From Candidatus Aminicenantes bacterium (GTDB lineage Bacteria > Acidobacteriota > Aminicenantia > S016-38), in assembly GCA_027068075.1 (NCBI GenBank), contig JAMOUJ010000006.1, positions 346,706 to 410,705 on the forward strand: a DNA stretch of 64,000 nucleotides. The letters are read 5' to 3'. The number at the start of each line of letters is the position of its first letter. The first letter of the stretch is position 1. The translations under genes were made by a program, and so were the position numbers. Of the stretch, positions 1-9,868 are shown one piece after another. A model generated the notes under the pieces. It had not been told where the DNA came from and made no database searches. It saw only the letters and a program-made list of their open reading frames with translations.

Positions 1-905
1 TTTACCTGGTGATCCGCTACCACGGCGGGCTTTCCAGTTCCATAGAGAGGATGTATTCCGTCCTTCCCCAGCACATGCTTTCCGCCTGGTCCACGGACCT
101 TTCCGTCCTTTCCCTCTGGATTATTTCCATGGGGCTCTTCTATCTGGTGGACCCCTGGCTTTTCCAGTGGGCCTACATGGCCCGTTCCGCCCAGACCTCC
201 TTTGACGCCTTAGTGGCGGTTTCCCTTTCCTCTCCCTGGGGGGCCATATCCTTCCTGGGGGGAATGCTTTTAGCCGCCGCTGCCCGGACGGGAATACTCG
301 CCTTCCCTTCCGGCATAAGTCCTGATCAGGTTTACCTTTACTTCATAAGCAAAATAATTCCACCCCTGGCAGGGGGTTTTCTCCTGGTGGCCTTTCTCAT
401 GACGGTTATGTCCTGCGCCTCCTCCTTCCTCATGACCGGAGCCACCCTGCTTTTCAACGATGTAATTGAGAAAGCGGTGAAGAGACCCCTTTCAGAAGAG
501 AAGAAAATTCTCCTCAGCCGGGTTTCGGTCTTGATAACCGCCCTCCTGGGGGTGGCCAGCGCCCTGTGGATTCCCTTTTTGATTCCCCTGTGGATAATGG
601 GGCAGGCCCTGGCCATCGCCGGGCTTCTGGTTCCCGTGGGTGCCGCATGGTTCTGGAGGAAGGCAACCCCCAGAGCAGCCCTGTATTCCCTTTCCCTTGG
701 AGCCACCACCGCCTTCGTGTGGTCTCTCCTGGCGTGGTGGAAGGTGGGGGACCCCAACGGTTTCGTCCTGGGCATCCATGCGGTTCATGTGGGCCTGGCG
801 ATTTCCCTTCTCACCATGATCCTGGTGAGTTTCTTCACCCCCAGGGCCAGCCAGGAAATGGAGAGGGCAACCCTCTGGAAGGAAATACCCTGGGAGGAGG
901 AATGA
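1..905 (+). CDS. Sodium:solute symporter (SSS) family protein, 5' truncated by window edge
   Basis: Multi-TM ORF with SSS-like motifs (DPWLFQWAYMARS, AFLMTVMSCASS..GATLLFND, FWRKAT). Confidence 0.8.
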   Translation, partial: YLVIRYHGGLSSSIERMYSVLPQHMLSAWSTDLSVLSLWIISMGLFYLVDPWLFQWAYMARSAQTSFDALVAVSLSSPWGAISFLGGMLLAAAARTGILAFPSGISPDQVYLYFISKIIPPLAGGFLLVAFLMTVMSCASSFLMTGATLLFNDVIEKAVKRPLSEEKKILLSRVSVLITALLGVASALWIPFLIPLWIMGQALAIAGLLVPVGAAWFWRKATPRAALYSLSLGATTAFVWSLLAWWKVGDPNGFVLGIHAVHVGLAISLLTMILVSFFTPRASQEMERATLWKEIPWEEE

Positions 906-1126
906 TGAGTTTAATAGAAAAGACCTTCGGCAAACTTACCCCTATCAAGGCGGCGGCCTGGATTTTCGTATTTATACTTTTCGTGCTTTTTTATGTTTTC
1001 TTCTTTATAAATTCCCCGGCCCTCATGCTGTATCTGGTGGTTTACACCTTACCCCCCATATGGATAGCCACCATAATAGGGGGAACACTGGAAATGGCGA
1101 AAATTTTTAGAAGGAGGTTAAAATGA
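902..1126 (+). CDS. Small 2-TM membrane protein (74 aa)
   Basis: ATG at 902 overlaps the SSS stop (ATGA), GGAGG SD upstream, stop overlaps the next start; hydrophobic. It is the 3' part of the listed 566..1126 ORF. Confidence 0.65.
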   Translation: MMSLIEKTFGKLTPIKAAAWIFVFILFVLFYVFFFINSPALMLYLVVYTLPPIWIATIIGGTLEMAKIFRRRLK

Positions 1127-4098
1127 GGCGACTTTTGGTTTTGCCAGTGATTCTGGCATTGGTTACGGGGATGTGGGCACAGAGGCAAACGGGAAGCCTC
1201 AAAGGAACCGTAGTCTCCCAGGACGGTTCCCCGCTTCCCGGTGCCTCCGTGCTTCTTTCCGGTTCACCTTTAATTAATCCTATCACATTTTCCACCGGAA
1301 AGGACGGGGTATTTTTCTTCGCCAATCTTCCCCCAGGGAAGTACCAACTCAAGGTTTCCCTCAAGGGCTTTGATACGGTGGTGGTGAAGAACATAGTGGT
1401 GAGGGTGGGTAAAACCTCGGTTATCCATGTAACCCTCAAGCCCAAAACCCTCAAGGAGGAAGTGGTGGTGGAGGCTAAGATGCCGGCGGTCTCGGTGGAG
1501 GAGGCCAAAAGTTCCGTAAACATAGGAAAGGAGGTGGTGGAGGACGCCCCCATCCAGAGGGACCTCTACGACATCATAAACACCTCCCCCGGCGTGGTCT
1601 CTGACAATGTCCGCTACAGCAGAACCTTCTCCACCCACGGCTCCTCCATAAGGGAGAACATCTACGCCTTTGACGGGTTCATGATGAACGACCCACGCCA
1701 CAGTTACCTTTCCACCAACCTTAACTACAATGTCATCCAGGAAGTGGAAATTGAAACCGCAGGGCACCCCGCCGAGGTGGGGGAAGGTAATGGAGCCTAC
1801 GTAAACATAGTCACCAAAAGCGGTTCCAACCGCTTCAGCGGTGAAGCCAATTTTTACCTGATCCCTCCTGGGATGTCCTCGGATTCCCCGGGACGGGGAG
1901 CCATGGAGGCCGGAGCCTTTGAGCCCTACAAGACCCTCTGGAATTTTGACGGAGGATTCAACCTGGCGGGACCCGTGGTCCACAACAAACTCTGGTATTT
2001 TCTCTCTGCCAGGAAACTGGACTGGGCCTACCACGCCCCTGCCTTTGAACCCGATGTGGAACACCACGAGACGGAGTTCTTCTCCAAACTCTCTTTCCAG
2101 CCCTCGCCGGCCCACCGTTTTGACTGGGCCTTCAGTTACCTCACCAGTTACGAGCCCTACTGGGAAGTTCACACGGGGGTGGTAACCCAGGGAGATCCTG
2201 CCTACATAGGATGGGTTTACGATAAAGACGCCGCCCCGGTATGGGACCACGAGAAGGACTTTATGACCTACCTTAAGTGGAACTGGAACATAAGCCCCAC
2301 CGCCTACCTGGACGCCAGGGCGGGATACATTTACAAGTACTTCCCCCTGCTTATGCAAAAGGGCACGGGATACCGCCACTACGACATAGGCTGGGCCAAA
2401 TTCTGGAGGGGCTATTGGATGAACGAGGTTTACCACCGGGGAAGGTTCCAGGCCATGGCCTCCCTTACCAAGTTTCTGGACAACTTCATGGGGGGAAACC
2501 ACGAGGTGAAAATGGGCCTGGAGTTTGAACTGGCCAAGGACGACTGGGATACATGGATGCCGGAGTCCTGGAACGGTCTGTACCCCGGAGTTTACTGGAC
2601 GGAAAACGGATACTACGGACTCCCCTCCTGGTTTGGCGTGAACTGGATCGGCTACTTCGTGGCCCGCTCCGTGGGAACCAAGTCCGGCGACAGCGTCCAG
2701 AAGGACCGGATGAGGAGGGTCAGCGGATACATACAGGACACCTTCAACCTGGGAAAGAGGCTTTACTTCAACCTGGGCCTCAGGTTTGACTACAGCAAGG
2801 CTTACATACCTCCCCAGTCCACCACGGGGAATCCCCAGTGGTATGCCCTCTACAGGGCCGGAATTATTCCCGCTCCCCACGGCCAGTTCTTTGCCCCGAG
2901 GGGCATAAACGAAATAAAGGACTACATGAACTGGAAGACCCTTTCCCCCAGAATAGGGGTTATTTACGATCTTTTCGGAAACGGAAGGGCTGCGCTGAAG
3001 GCCTTTTACGGAAGGTATTACTCCTACATGAACCTTCAGTACACCTCCAACATAAACCCCATGTACTACCCCTACGCCGCCTACTACTGGTACGACCTCA
3101 ATTACAACGGGAGATACGACTTCAACGGCGCCGATTATTATTACATGGTTTATTCCTGGGGAGGATACCTCAACCCCATGGACAGGATTGACCCCAACCT
3201 CAGGGCACCCCACACCGACGAATACCTCCTGACCCTGGAGGGAGAGCCGGTGGAGGGCCTCAGGCTTTCGGTGAGTTACATTCACCGCTACGAAAAGGAC
3301 ATAATTGAGGACATAGACATCGCCAGGACCAGGGAATGGTGGGTTCCCATTGAAGTTCACGACCCGGGATACGATGCCAAACTGGGAACCTCCGACGACA
3401 AGACCTACACCGTTTACTTTCTGAAGGCCGGAGCGCCGGCGGGAAAATTCTGGATAACCAATCCCCCTGAAGCCTACAGGAAATACGACGGTCTGGAGAT
3501 AGTCCTCACCAAGCCCTTCTCCCACGGATGGTCCATCTTCGCCTCCCTTACCCTTTCCAAGGCCCGGGCCACCATTGGAAACTCCTTCTACGAAACCAAC
3601 GGAGTGAGCGTTGCCTTTGATTCCCCCAACTGGATGGTAAACCGCGAGGGCTCCGTCCCCACCTTAGACAGACCCGTGGTCCTCAAGGTGGTGGGCTCCT
3701 ACATGCTGCCGGCCCAGGTGATGTTCAGTTTCAACTTCGTGTACATGAGCGGAGTTCCCCTGCAGAGGACGGTGGTGGTTTACAACCCTGGCATTCCCGG
3801 CATAGACCCCTACTTCTACACCGAGGTTCTCTCGGAGCCCGTGGGAACCAGAAGGGGGCCCGCCTACAAGAACCTCAACATAAGGCTTGGGAAGGACTTT
3901 TCCCTGGCAGGGGGGACCCTTTCCCTGGCGGTGGACGGACTCAACATCCTTGGAAATTCTTATCTGCTTCGGAAGTACGGTCAGCACCTCACCATACCGC
4001 CGGACGCCAGTTACATCGGGGTTAATCCCAGGTGGGAAAAACCGGTGGTGGGAATAGGACAGAGAATATTCGCCATAGTGGCCAGTTACAAATTCTAA
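1123..4098 (+). CDS. TonB-dependent receptor (OAR-like, N-terminal carboxypeptidase-regulatory-like domain)
   Basis: Signal peptide, G.L.GTV...DG.PLPGA, plug motif YVNIVTKSGSNRFSG, YIQD/NLGLRFD barrel strands, C-terminal Phe. Confidence 0.9.
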   Translation: MRRLLVLPVILALVTGMWAQRQTGSLKGTVVSQDGSPLPGASVLLSGSPLINPITFSTGKDGVFFFANLPPGKYQLKVSLKGFDTVVVKNIVVRVGKTSVIHVTLKPKTLKEEVVVEAKMPAVSVEEAKSSVNIGKEVVEDAPIQRDLYDIINTSPGVVSDNVRYSRTFSTHGSSIRENIYAFDGFMMNDPRHSYLSTNLNYNVIQEVEIETAGHPAEVGEGNGAYVNIVTKSGSNRFSGEANFYLIPPGMSSDSPGRGAMEAGAFEPYKTLWNFDGGFNLAGPVVHNKLWYFLSARKLDWAYHAPAFEPDVEHHETEFFSKLSFQPSPAHRFDWAFSYLTSYEPYWEVHTGVVTQGDPAYIGWVYDKDAAPVWDHEKDFMTYLKWNWNISPTAYLDARAGYIYKYFPLLMQKGTGYRHYDIGWAKFWRGYWMNEVYHRGRFQAMASLTKFLDNFMGGNHEVKMGLEFELAKDDWDTWMPESWNGLYPGVYWTENGYYGLPSWFGVNWIGYFVARSVGTKSGDSVQKDRMRRVSGYIQDTFNLGKRLYFNLGLRFDYSKAYIPPQSTTGNPQWYALYRAGIIPAPHGQFFAPRGINEIKDYMNWKTLSPRIGVIYDLFGNGRAALKAFYGRYYSYMNLQYTSNINPMYYPYAAYYWYDLNYNGRYDFNGADYYYMVYSWGGYLNPMDRIDPNLRAPHTDEYLLTLEGEPVEGLRLSVSYIHRYEKDIIEDIDIARTREWWVPIEVHDPGYDAKLGTSDDKTYTVYFLKAGAPAGKFWITNPPEAYRKYDGLEIVLTKPFSHGWSIFASLTLSKARATIGNSFYETNGVSVAFDSPNWMVNREGSVPTLDRPVVLKVVGSYMLPAQVMFSFNFVYMSGVPLQRTVVVYNPGIPGIDPYFYTEVLSEPVGTRRGPAYKNLNIRLGKDFSLAGGTLSLAVDGLNILGNSYLLRKYGQHLTIPPDASYIGVNPRWEKPVVGIGQRIFAIVASYKF

Positions 4099-4102
4099 GG
4101 AG

Positions 4103-5395
4103 GTGAAATTGTCTCAGGAACTCCTGGAAAAGAAGAACAGGCTGATTCCCCGGGGCGTTTACAACACCAATTCGGTTTTCGTGGAAAGGGCAGAGGGAGC
4201 GCTGATATGGGGAAAGGACGGAAGGAGGTACATAGACTTTGCCGGGGCCATAGGCTCCCTGAATGTGGGCCACTCCAACCCCAGGGTTGTGGAGGCGGTA
4301 AAGAGGCAGGCGGAGAAATTCGTCGGCTCCTGCTTCCACACCGCCATGCACGAACCTTACCTTCAGGTGGTGGAGAAACTCCTTTCCCTTTACCCCGGGG
4401 ATTTTCCCAAAAAGGGCTTTTTAGTGAACTCCGGGGCGGAGGCGGTGGAAAACGCCGTAAAAATAGCCCGCCACTTCACCTCCAGACCCAACATTCTGGT
4501 TTTTGAACACGCCTTCCACGGGAGGACCCTTCTCACCCTGGCCATGACCTCCAAGGTGATGCCCTACAAGAAGGGGTTTGGGCCCTTCCCCACGGGAATT
4601 TACAGGCTTCCGTATCCCTACTGCTACCGCTGTCCCTTTTCCCTTTCCTATTCCGACTGCGGCCTTCGCTGTGCTTCTTACATAGAGGACTTCTTCGTCA
4701 CCCATGTGGACCCCCAGGAGGTGGCGGCGGTGGTGATTGAGCCGGTCATCGGAGAAGGAGGATTCGTGATCCCTCCCAGGGAATACATGGTGAAACTCAG
4801 GGAAATCACGGAGAAATACGGAATACTTCTGGTGGCGGACGAGGTTCAGGCAGGCTTCTGCCGGACGGGAAAGTTCTTCTCCATTGAGAACTTCGGAGTG
4901 GTGCCGGACATAATAACCATAGCCAAGTCCATGGCAGGAGGGCTTCCCTTAGCGGCGGTCCTTGGTAGGGCCGAGGTTATGGACCATCCCCAGGTGGGAG
5001 GTCTGGGAGGGACCTTCGGAGGAAACCCCGTATCCTGCGCCGCTGCGGTGGCGGCCATAGATTTTGCTCTGGAGGAGAACCTCTGCGAAAGGGCGGTGGA
5101 AATAGGAGATAAGGTCCTTAAAAGGTTCTCCGCCTGGAAAGAGAGGTTCCCCTTCGTGGGGGATGTGAGGGGACTGGGGGCCATGGCCGCCTTTGAAGTG
5201 GTGAAGGTCGGAAGCAAGGACCCTGACAAGGAAACCACATCCAGGATAGTCCAGATGGCCTACGAAAGGGGCCTCCTTCTCATCTCCGCCGGGGTTTACT
5301 CCAATGTGATAAGGGTTCTCATGCCCCTGGTTATCCGGGAAGAGGAATTGGAGGAGGGTCTTTCCATCCTTGAGGAGGTTCTGGAGGAAGTATGA
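4103..5395 (+). CDS. gabT: 4-aminobutyrate aminotransferase (class III PLP aminotransferase)
   Basis: NSGAEAVENAVKIAR, FHGRT, EPVIGEGGF, DEVQAGF.RTG, AKS, GGLGGTFGGNP. Confidence 0.85.
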   Translation: MKLSQELLEKKNRLIPRGVYNTNSVFVERAEGALIWGKDGRRYIDFAGAIGSLNVGHSNPRVVEAVKRQAEKFVGSCFHTAMHEPYLQVVEKLLSLYPGDFPKKGFLVNSGAEAVENAVKIARHFTSRPNILVFEHAFHGRTLLTLAMTSKVMPYKKGFGPFPTGIYRLPYPYCYRCPFSLSYSDCGLRCASYIEDFFVTHVDPQEVAAVVIEPVIGEGGFVIPPREYMVKLREITEKYGILLVADEVQAGFCRTGKFFSIENFGVVPDIITIAKSMAGGLPLAAVLGRAEVMDHPQVGGLGGTFGGNPVSCAAAVAAIDFALEENLCERAVEIGDKVLKRFSAWKERFPFVGDVRGLGAMAAFEVVKVGSKDPDKETTSRIVQMAYERGLLLISAGVYSNVIRVLMPLVIREEELEEGLSILEEVLEEV

Positions 5396-6552
5396 GAAAA
5401 CTGGCCCTGCTCCTCCTCTCTGCGGTTCTTCTGGCCCAGGAGGTAGGATACACGAGAATGGGGATATTCGCAGTGAGGGAGGGGGAGGGTTCCCCCTCCC
5501 TTTACCTGCCCCAGACGAGGGCCCTGGTGAAGTGGGCCCTGGAGTACGGATACGAACCTCTGGGTCCCGTCAGGATAGAGTTCCAGGGAAAACCCTTTGC
5601 CGTGAGGGGAAAATTCCGGGTAATGATCAGGGTGGACATCCCCGGGATTTTTCCGCCAAGGACGGGCCTTTCCACCTATTTCAAATTCATCCCTTCCCAG
5701 CACCTGGCCCTTTCCTCCCCCTTTCCCGTGGAAAAACCTCTTCCCTGGAAGGACTTCCTTTCGTGGCTTGAATCCTCCGGATGGAAGCCTGCCGGGTCCC
5801 CCTTCCTTTATCAAAAGGATTTGAAGGAACTCAGAAGGGGGGTCTTCCGCTGGGCCGTTCCGGTAAAAAGGCTTGGCAGGGCTTTGGTGGGGATTTATTC
5901 GGATCGGGGGGCCTTTCACCTGGGGCTTATAGTTTCCCAGAGGTTTTTCCAGACCCACGGGATCACCTACGCTCCCCTCTACAAGGATGACCTTAAAAGA
6001 AAGGAAACCTACGAGAAAATAACGGTTCTGTATTTCCCGGGGGGCTGGTCCGGATATTACACCGAGGACCTGAGAGGGCGGCCGGCGAAACTCATAAGGG
6101 AGTTCGTAAGTAGCGGAGGAAAATACCTGGGGGTCTGCGCCGGAGCCTACTTCGCCTCGGAGAAAATAATCTGGGAAGGGAAGGTTTATCGTCCTCCCTT
6201 GGGAATTTTCAGGGGGGTGGCCATAGGCCCCATAAGGGCGCTTGCCCCCTGGCCCCTGTATACGGTGGCGAAAATCCTGTATCTCGGCAGAGAGGTGGAG
6301 GCCTTTTACTACGGAGGGCCGTATTTTGAGGGTGAGGGTGAGGTCCTGGGAAAGTACGCCGTCAACGGAAAGCCGGCGGTGGTTTTGGGCGCATACGGAA
6401 AGGGAAGGGTCCTTTTATCCGGCCTCCACTTTGAGTACCAACTCACCGGTGAGGAGGACGGGGTGAAGTTTCCCGAGGACCACGGCCTCAGAACTTCGGC
6501 CCCCACCTGGCCGATTTTTAAAGACCTTATAAAAACCCTTCTGGGGAGGTGA
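5392..6552 (+). CDS. Exported protein with BPL-N (class I glutamine amidotransferase-like) domain
   Basis: Signal peptide; YFPGG, GGKYLGVCAGAYFA, YYGGPYF, SGLHFE typical of the BPL_N domain. Confidence 0.7.
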   Translation: MRKLALLLLSAVLLAQEVGYTRMGIFAVREGEGSPSLYLPQTRALVKWALEYGYEPLGPVRIEFQGKPFAVRGKFRVMIRVDIPGIFPPRTGLSTYFKFIPSQHLALSSPFPVEKPLPWKDFLSWLESSGWKPAGSPFLYQKDLKELRRGVFRWAVPVKRLGRALVGIYSDRGAFHLGLIVSQRFFQTHGITYAPLYKDDLKRKETYEKITVLYFPGGWSGYYTEDLRGRPAKLIREFVSSGGKYLGVCAGAYFASEKIIWEGKVYRPPLGIFRGVAIGPIRALAPWPLYTVAKILYLGREVEAFYYGGPYFEGEGEVLGKYAVNGKPAVVLGAYGKGRVLLSGLHFEYQLTGEEDGVKFPEDHGLRTSAPTWPIFKDLIKTLLGR

Positions 6553-7319
6553 AGATGGAATATCTGGCGGTGGGCGTTCAAATGATGATAGGGGATGACC
6601 TGGAGGAGAACTACCGCAGGATGAAGTTTTGGGCCGAGAGGGTGAAGTTCCTGTATCCCCACACTAAGATCCTGGTTTTCCCGGAACTTTCCCTTACAGG
6701 ACCGGTTCATCCCGGAATGGAGGAGGGGGAGGTGATAAAGAGGTTTTCCCCACTGGCGGAGGAATACGGCCTGTGGCTGGTTCCCGGAAGTTTTTACATA
6801 AAAAAGGGGGATGGGAAGGTCAACCGGGCGTACCTTTTTTCCCCGGAGGGGAAGGTGGTGGGCCACTACGACAAAATTTATCCCTGGGCTCCCTTTGAAG
6901 ATTCCCTTCCGGGAAGCCAAGTTTCGGTCTTTTCTGTGGAGGGGCTCCGGGTGGGGATAGAGATTTGCTACGACATATGGTTTCCCGAAGTGGCCTTGGA
7001 GATGGCAGCCCGGGGGGTGGACCTGATAATAAATCCCGTTATGACCACCACCGCTGATAGGGAAGGGGAGAGGGTCCTGGTGAGGGCAACCTCCCTCTTT
7101 ACCCAGTCCTACCTGCTTTCGGTAAACGGCCTTGGAAGGGGAGGGGTCGGGGGTTCATTGGGGGTTGGACCTGAGGGGGAGGTTCTCGTTGAGGCCCAGG
7201 GGGAGGAAGTTGCCCTTCCCCTGGCGGTATCCACGGAAAGGCTGAAGTCCGTTAGGGAAAGGGGAAGTTTTTCGTCCAATAGAATTTTGAAAGAATTTCT
7301 AAAAAGGAGGGAAAAATGA
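6549..7319 (+). CDS. Carbon-nitrogen hydrolase (nitrilase superfamily amidase)
   Basis: E-K-C triad: VFPEL, YDKI, ICYDIWFPE. Confidence 0.9.
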   Translation: MKMEYLAVGVQMMIGDDLEENYRRMKFWAERVKFLYPHTKILVFPELSLTGPVHPGMEEGEVIKRFSPLAEEYGLWLVPGSFYIKKGDGKVNRAYLFSPEGKVVGHYDKIYPWAPFEDSLPGSQVSVFSVEGLRVGIEICYDIWFPEVALEMAARGVDLIINPVMTTTADREGERVLVRATSLFTQSYLLSVNGLGRGGVGGSLGVGPEGEVLVEAQGEEVALPLAVSTERLKSVRERGSFSSNRILKEFLKRREK

Positions 7320-8740
7320 GGGAATTTAAAGTTCTCCTTGGAGGAAAATGGGAAAGGGGAGACGATGTAAAGACCATCCGCTATCCCTACGACGACAGGG
7401 AAGTGGCCAGGGTTCACATAGCCGGGGTTTCCCACGCCCAGAAGGCTCTGAATGCGGCGGAGGAGGCCTTTAAAAAGACGAGTAAACTCAGCAGCGAGGA
7501 AAGATACAACATCCTGTCCCGGGTTTCAGGTATCCTGAAGGAAAGGGAGGAGGAAATCGCCAGGGAGATTACCCTGTCCTGCGGAAAGCCGCTAAAGGAT
7601 GCCATCACCGAGGTGAAGAGGGCGCAGTTTACCTTCCTCACCGCGGCGGAGGAGGCCAAAAGGATAGGCGGCGAGATATATCCTTTGGACATGAGGAAGG
7701 GGGCAGAGGAGCGGTGGGCCATAGTTCGCAGGTTTCCCATAGGCATCATATTCGGAATTTCCCCCTTTAACTTTCCCCTGAACCTGGTGGCCCACAAACT
7801 GGCGCCGGCGGTGGCCTCAGGAAATACCATCATCGTAAGGCCCGCCACCCAGACCGCCACCGTGGCCCTTATCTTAGGGGAGATACTTTACCAGGCAGGG
7901 CTTCCTGAGGGCGCCCTTTCCGTTCTCCCCTCCACCTACGAGGCTGCGGACCTTATAATTTCCGACCCCAGGGTAAAACTCCTTACCTTTACGGGAAGCG
8001 CCCAGGTTGGCTGGGGCCTCAAGCAGAAGGCCGTAAAGAAGAAGGTAGTTTTAGAACTGGGAGGAAACGCCGCCTCCATAGTGGAGCCGGATGTTCCCTT
8101 GGAGTGGTCCGTGGAGAGGAATGTCCTTGGGGCCTACAACTATTCAGGACAGGTCTGCATCTCCGTCCAGAGAATTTATGTTCACAGTTCCATATACCGG
8201 GAGTATCTGGATAAGTTCGTCCAGAGAACCCGCAGTTTGAAAATAGGGGATCCCCTGGACCCCGAGGTGAGGATAGGGCCCATGATAAACGATGCCGCCG
8301 TGGAAAAGACCCTCTCCTGGGTGGAAGAGGCCAAGAACTTGGGAGGGAAGGTGCTTACAGGAGGAGAAAGGCAGGGGAGGATAATTACTCCCATGGTCAT
8401 CGTGGATGTTCCCCACAGCGCCAAGGTGGTAAGCGAGGAGGCCTTCGCCCCCTTGGTGGTCATAATGCCCTACGACAGTTTTGAGGAGGCGGTTGAGAGG
8501 GTAAACGACTCCAAATACGGGCTTCAGGCCGGTATTTTCGCTAAAGACCTCCTTAAGGTCCGCTACGCTTACGAGAACATAGAGGTGGGAGGGGTGGTGG
8601 TAAACGATGCCCCCTCCTTCCGGGTGGACCACATGATTTACGGAGGGGTTAAGGCGTCCGGCTTCGGAAGGGAGGGCCTCCGCTACGCCATAGAGGAGAT
8701 GACCGAGCCCAGACTCCTGGTCCTGAACACCAAATTTTAG
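7316..8740 (+). CDS. Aldehyde dehydrogenase family protein
   Basis: PFNFP, FTGS, LELGGN, SGQVCIS, EEAFAP, YGL, GGVKASGFGREG. Confidence 0.95.
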   Translation: MREFKVLLGGKWERGDDVKTIRYPYDDREVARVHIAGVSHAQKALNAAEEAFKKTSKLSSEERYNILSRVSGILKEREEEIAREITLSCGKPLKDAITEVKRAQFTFLTAAEEAKRIGGEIYPLDMRKGAEERWAIVRRFPIGIIFGISPFNFPLNLVAHKLAPAVASGNTIIVRPATQTATVALILGEILYQAGLPEGALSVLPSTYEAADLIISDPRVKLLTFTGSAQVGWGLKQKAVKKKVVLELGGNAASIVEPDVPLEWSVERNVLGAYNYSGQVCISVQRIYVHSSIYREYLDKFVQRTRSLKIGDPLDPEVRIGPMINDAAVEKTLSWVEEAKNLGGKVLTGGERQGRIITPMVIVDVPHSAKVVSEEAFAPLVVIMPYDSFEEAVERVNDSKYGLQAGIFAKDLLKVRYAYENIEVGGVVVNDAPSFRVDHMIYGGVKASGFGREGLRYAIEEMTEPRLLVLNTKF

Positions 8741-8742
8741 AT

Positions 8743-9834
8743 TTACAGGTTAAGAAGCAGGAAAACCGCTGCCGAGGAGACGAGGAGGAAGGGCAGGGAA
8801 TAGGCCTGGAAGCGGAGATAGGCCTTCCTGAGACCTCCTAAGTTGAGGGCTAAGACATTGGCCAGGGAGGCTATAACCAGGCCGTTTCCACCTATGTTTA
8901 CGCCGTAGGCAATGGCCTTCCAGGCGGAGGAGACCTTCCCCAGCAAAATGGCTGCCGGAACATTGCTTATTAACTGAGAAAGCACTATGGCGGACAGGTA
9001 TGTTTCCCCGGTGCCCCTTAAGAAATGAGTTTCCAGGAGGTGCTCTAAGGGGAAGGTTTCGCAGAGCAGGTGGACATCCATGAAGAGCACCACAAAGAGC
9101 ACTATGAGGAGCCAATTGGTCCTGGCCAGAATTTTCGGGAAGACTGCCGCATAAAGGAGAACCACCGCCACCAACGCATAATAGGTAAGGTCCTTTTCCA
9201 CCGCCAGGAGGAAGAAGACCATGAGGGCCGCAGAAAGGGCCAGGAGTTTTCCGTTCACCCGGCGGATGTTTTTCCCGGTCTTTGCCTCTATGATTCCCTT
9301 TCCGAAGGCGAAGAAGGTGAAAATGAGAAGAAGGGCCAGGGTGATGGCCCAGGCCGGGGCCATTTTCGCCACGAATTTCCAAAAGGGTATGTTCCACCTG
9401 TGCCACAGAAATATGTTCTGTGGATTCCCTATGGGAGTGAGGAAGGAGCCGGCGTTGACGGCCATGGCTTCAAAAATCACCAATTTTCCCATGTCGTTTT
9501 CCAGTTGTTTCCCCAGGCTCAGGGTTATGGGGACCACCACGAAGAGGGTAACATCGTTGGTGAGGAAGGTGGAAAGGAGGGCCGATAAGACGACGAGAAA
9601 AAGGGCGAGGTTCCTTTCCCGGTGAAATTTAAAGGCGAGTTTTCTGGAAAGGCTTATAAAAAAACCGCTTTCCTCCATGGCGGTGGTTATCAGGAGAAGC
9701 CCCGCCAGCGTGAAAATGGTCTCCCAGTGGACCGAGTCCGGCAACGATAGGATGGAGGAAGGGTGTAGGAGAGCGAGCACCAAAAAAGTTCCCAGGGAGG
9801 CCAGGAAAAAACCGTCCTTCAGGGTATCTCTCAT
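8743..9834 (-). CDS. SLC13/ArsB-NhaD (YbiR-like) anion transporter
   Basis: TNDVTLFVVVP, NAGSFLTPIGNPQN, SQLISNVPA, IASLAN. Confidence 0.85.
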   Translation of the reverse strand: MRDTLKDGFFLASLGTFLVLALLHPSSILSLPDSVHWETIFTLAGLLLITTAMEESGFFISLSRKLAFKFHRERNLALFLVVLSALLSTFLTNDVTLFVVVPITLSLGKQLENDMGKLVIFEAMAVNAGSFLTPIGNPQNIFLWHRWNIPFWKFVAKMAPAWAITLALLLIFTFFAFGKGIIEAKTGKNIRRVNGKLLALSAALMVFFLLAVEKDLTYYALVAVVLLYAAVFPKILARTNWLLIVLFVVLFMDVHLLCETFPLEHLLETHFLRGTGETYLSAIVLSQLISNVPAAILLGKVSSAWKAIAYGVNIGGNGLVIASLANVLALNLGGLRKAYLRFQAYSLPFLLVSSAAVFLLLNL

Positions 9835-9868
9835 GAGGGTTTATTATATACCGCAGGCGAAGTAAGTT

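Noticed and set aside
1270-3525. 751-aa antisense ORF
   Set aside because: Shadow of the TonB receptor caused by codon bias; Val/Gly-rich with no motifs
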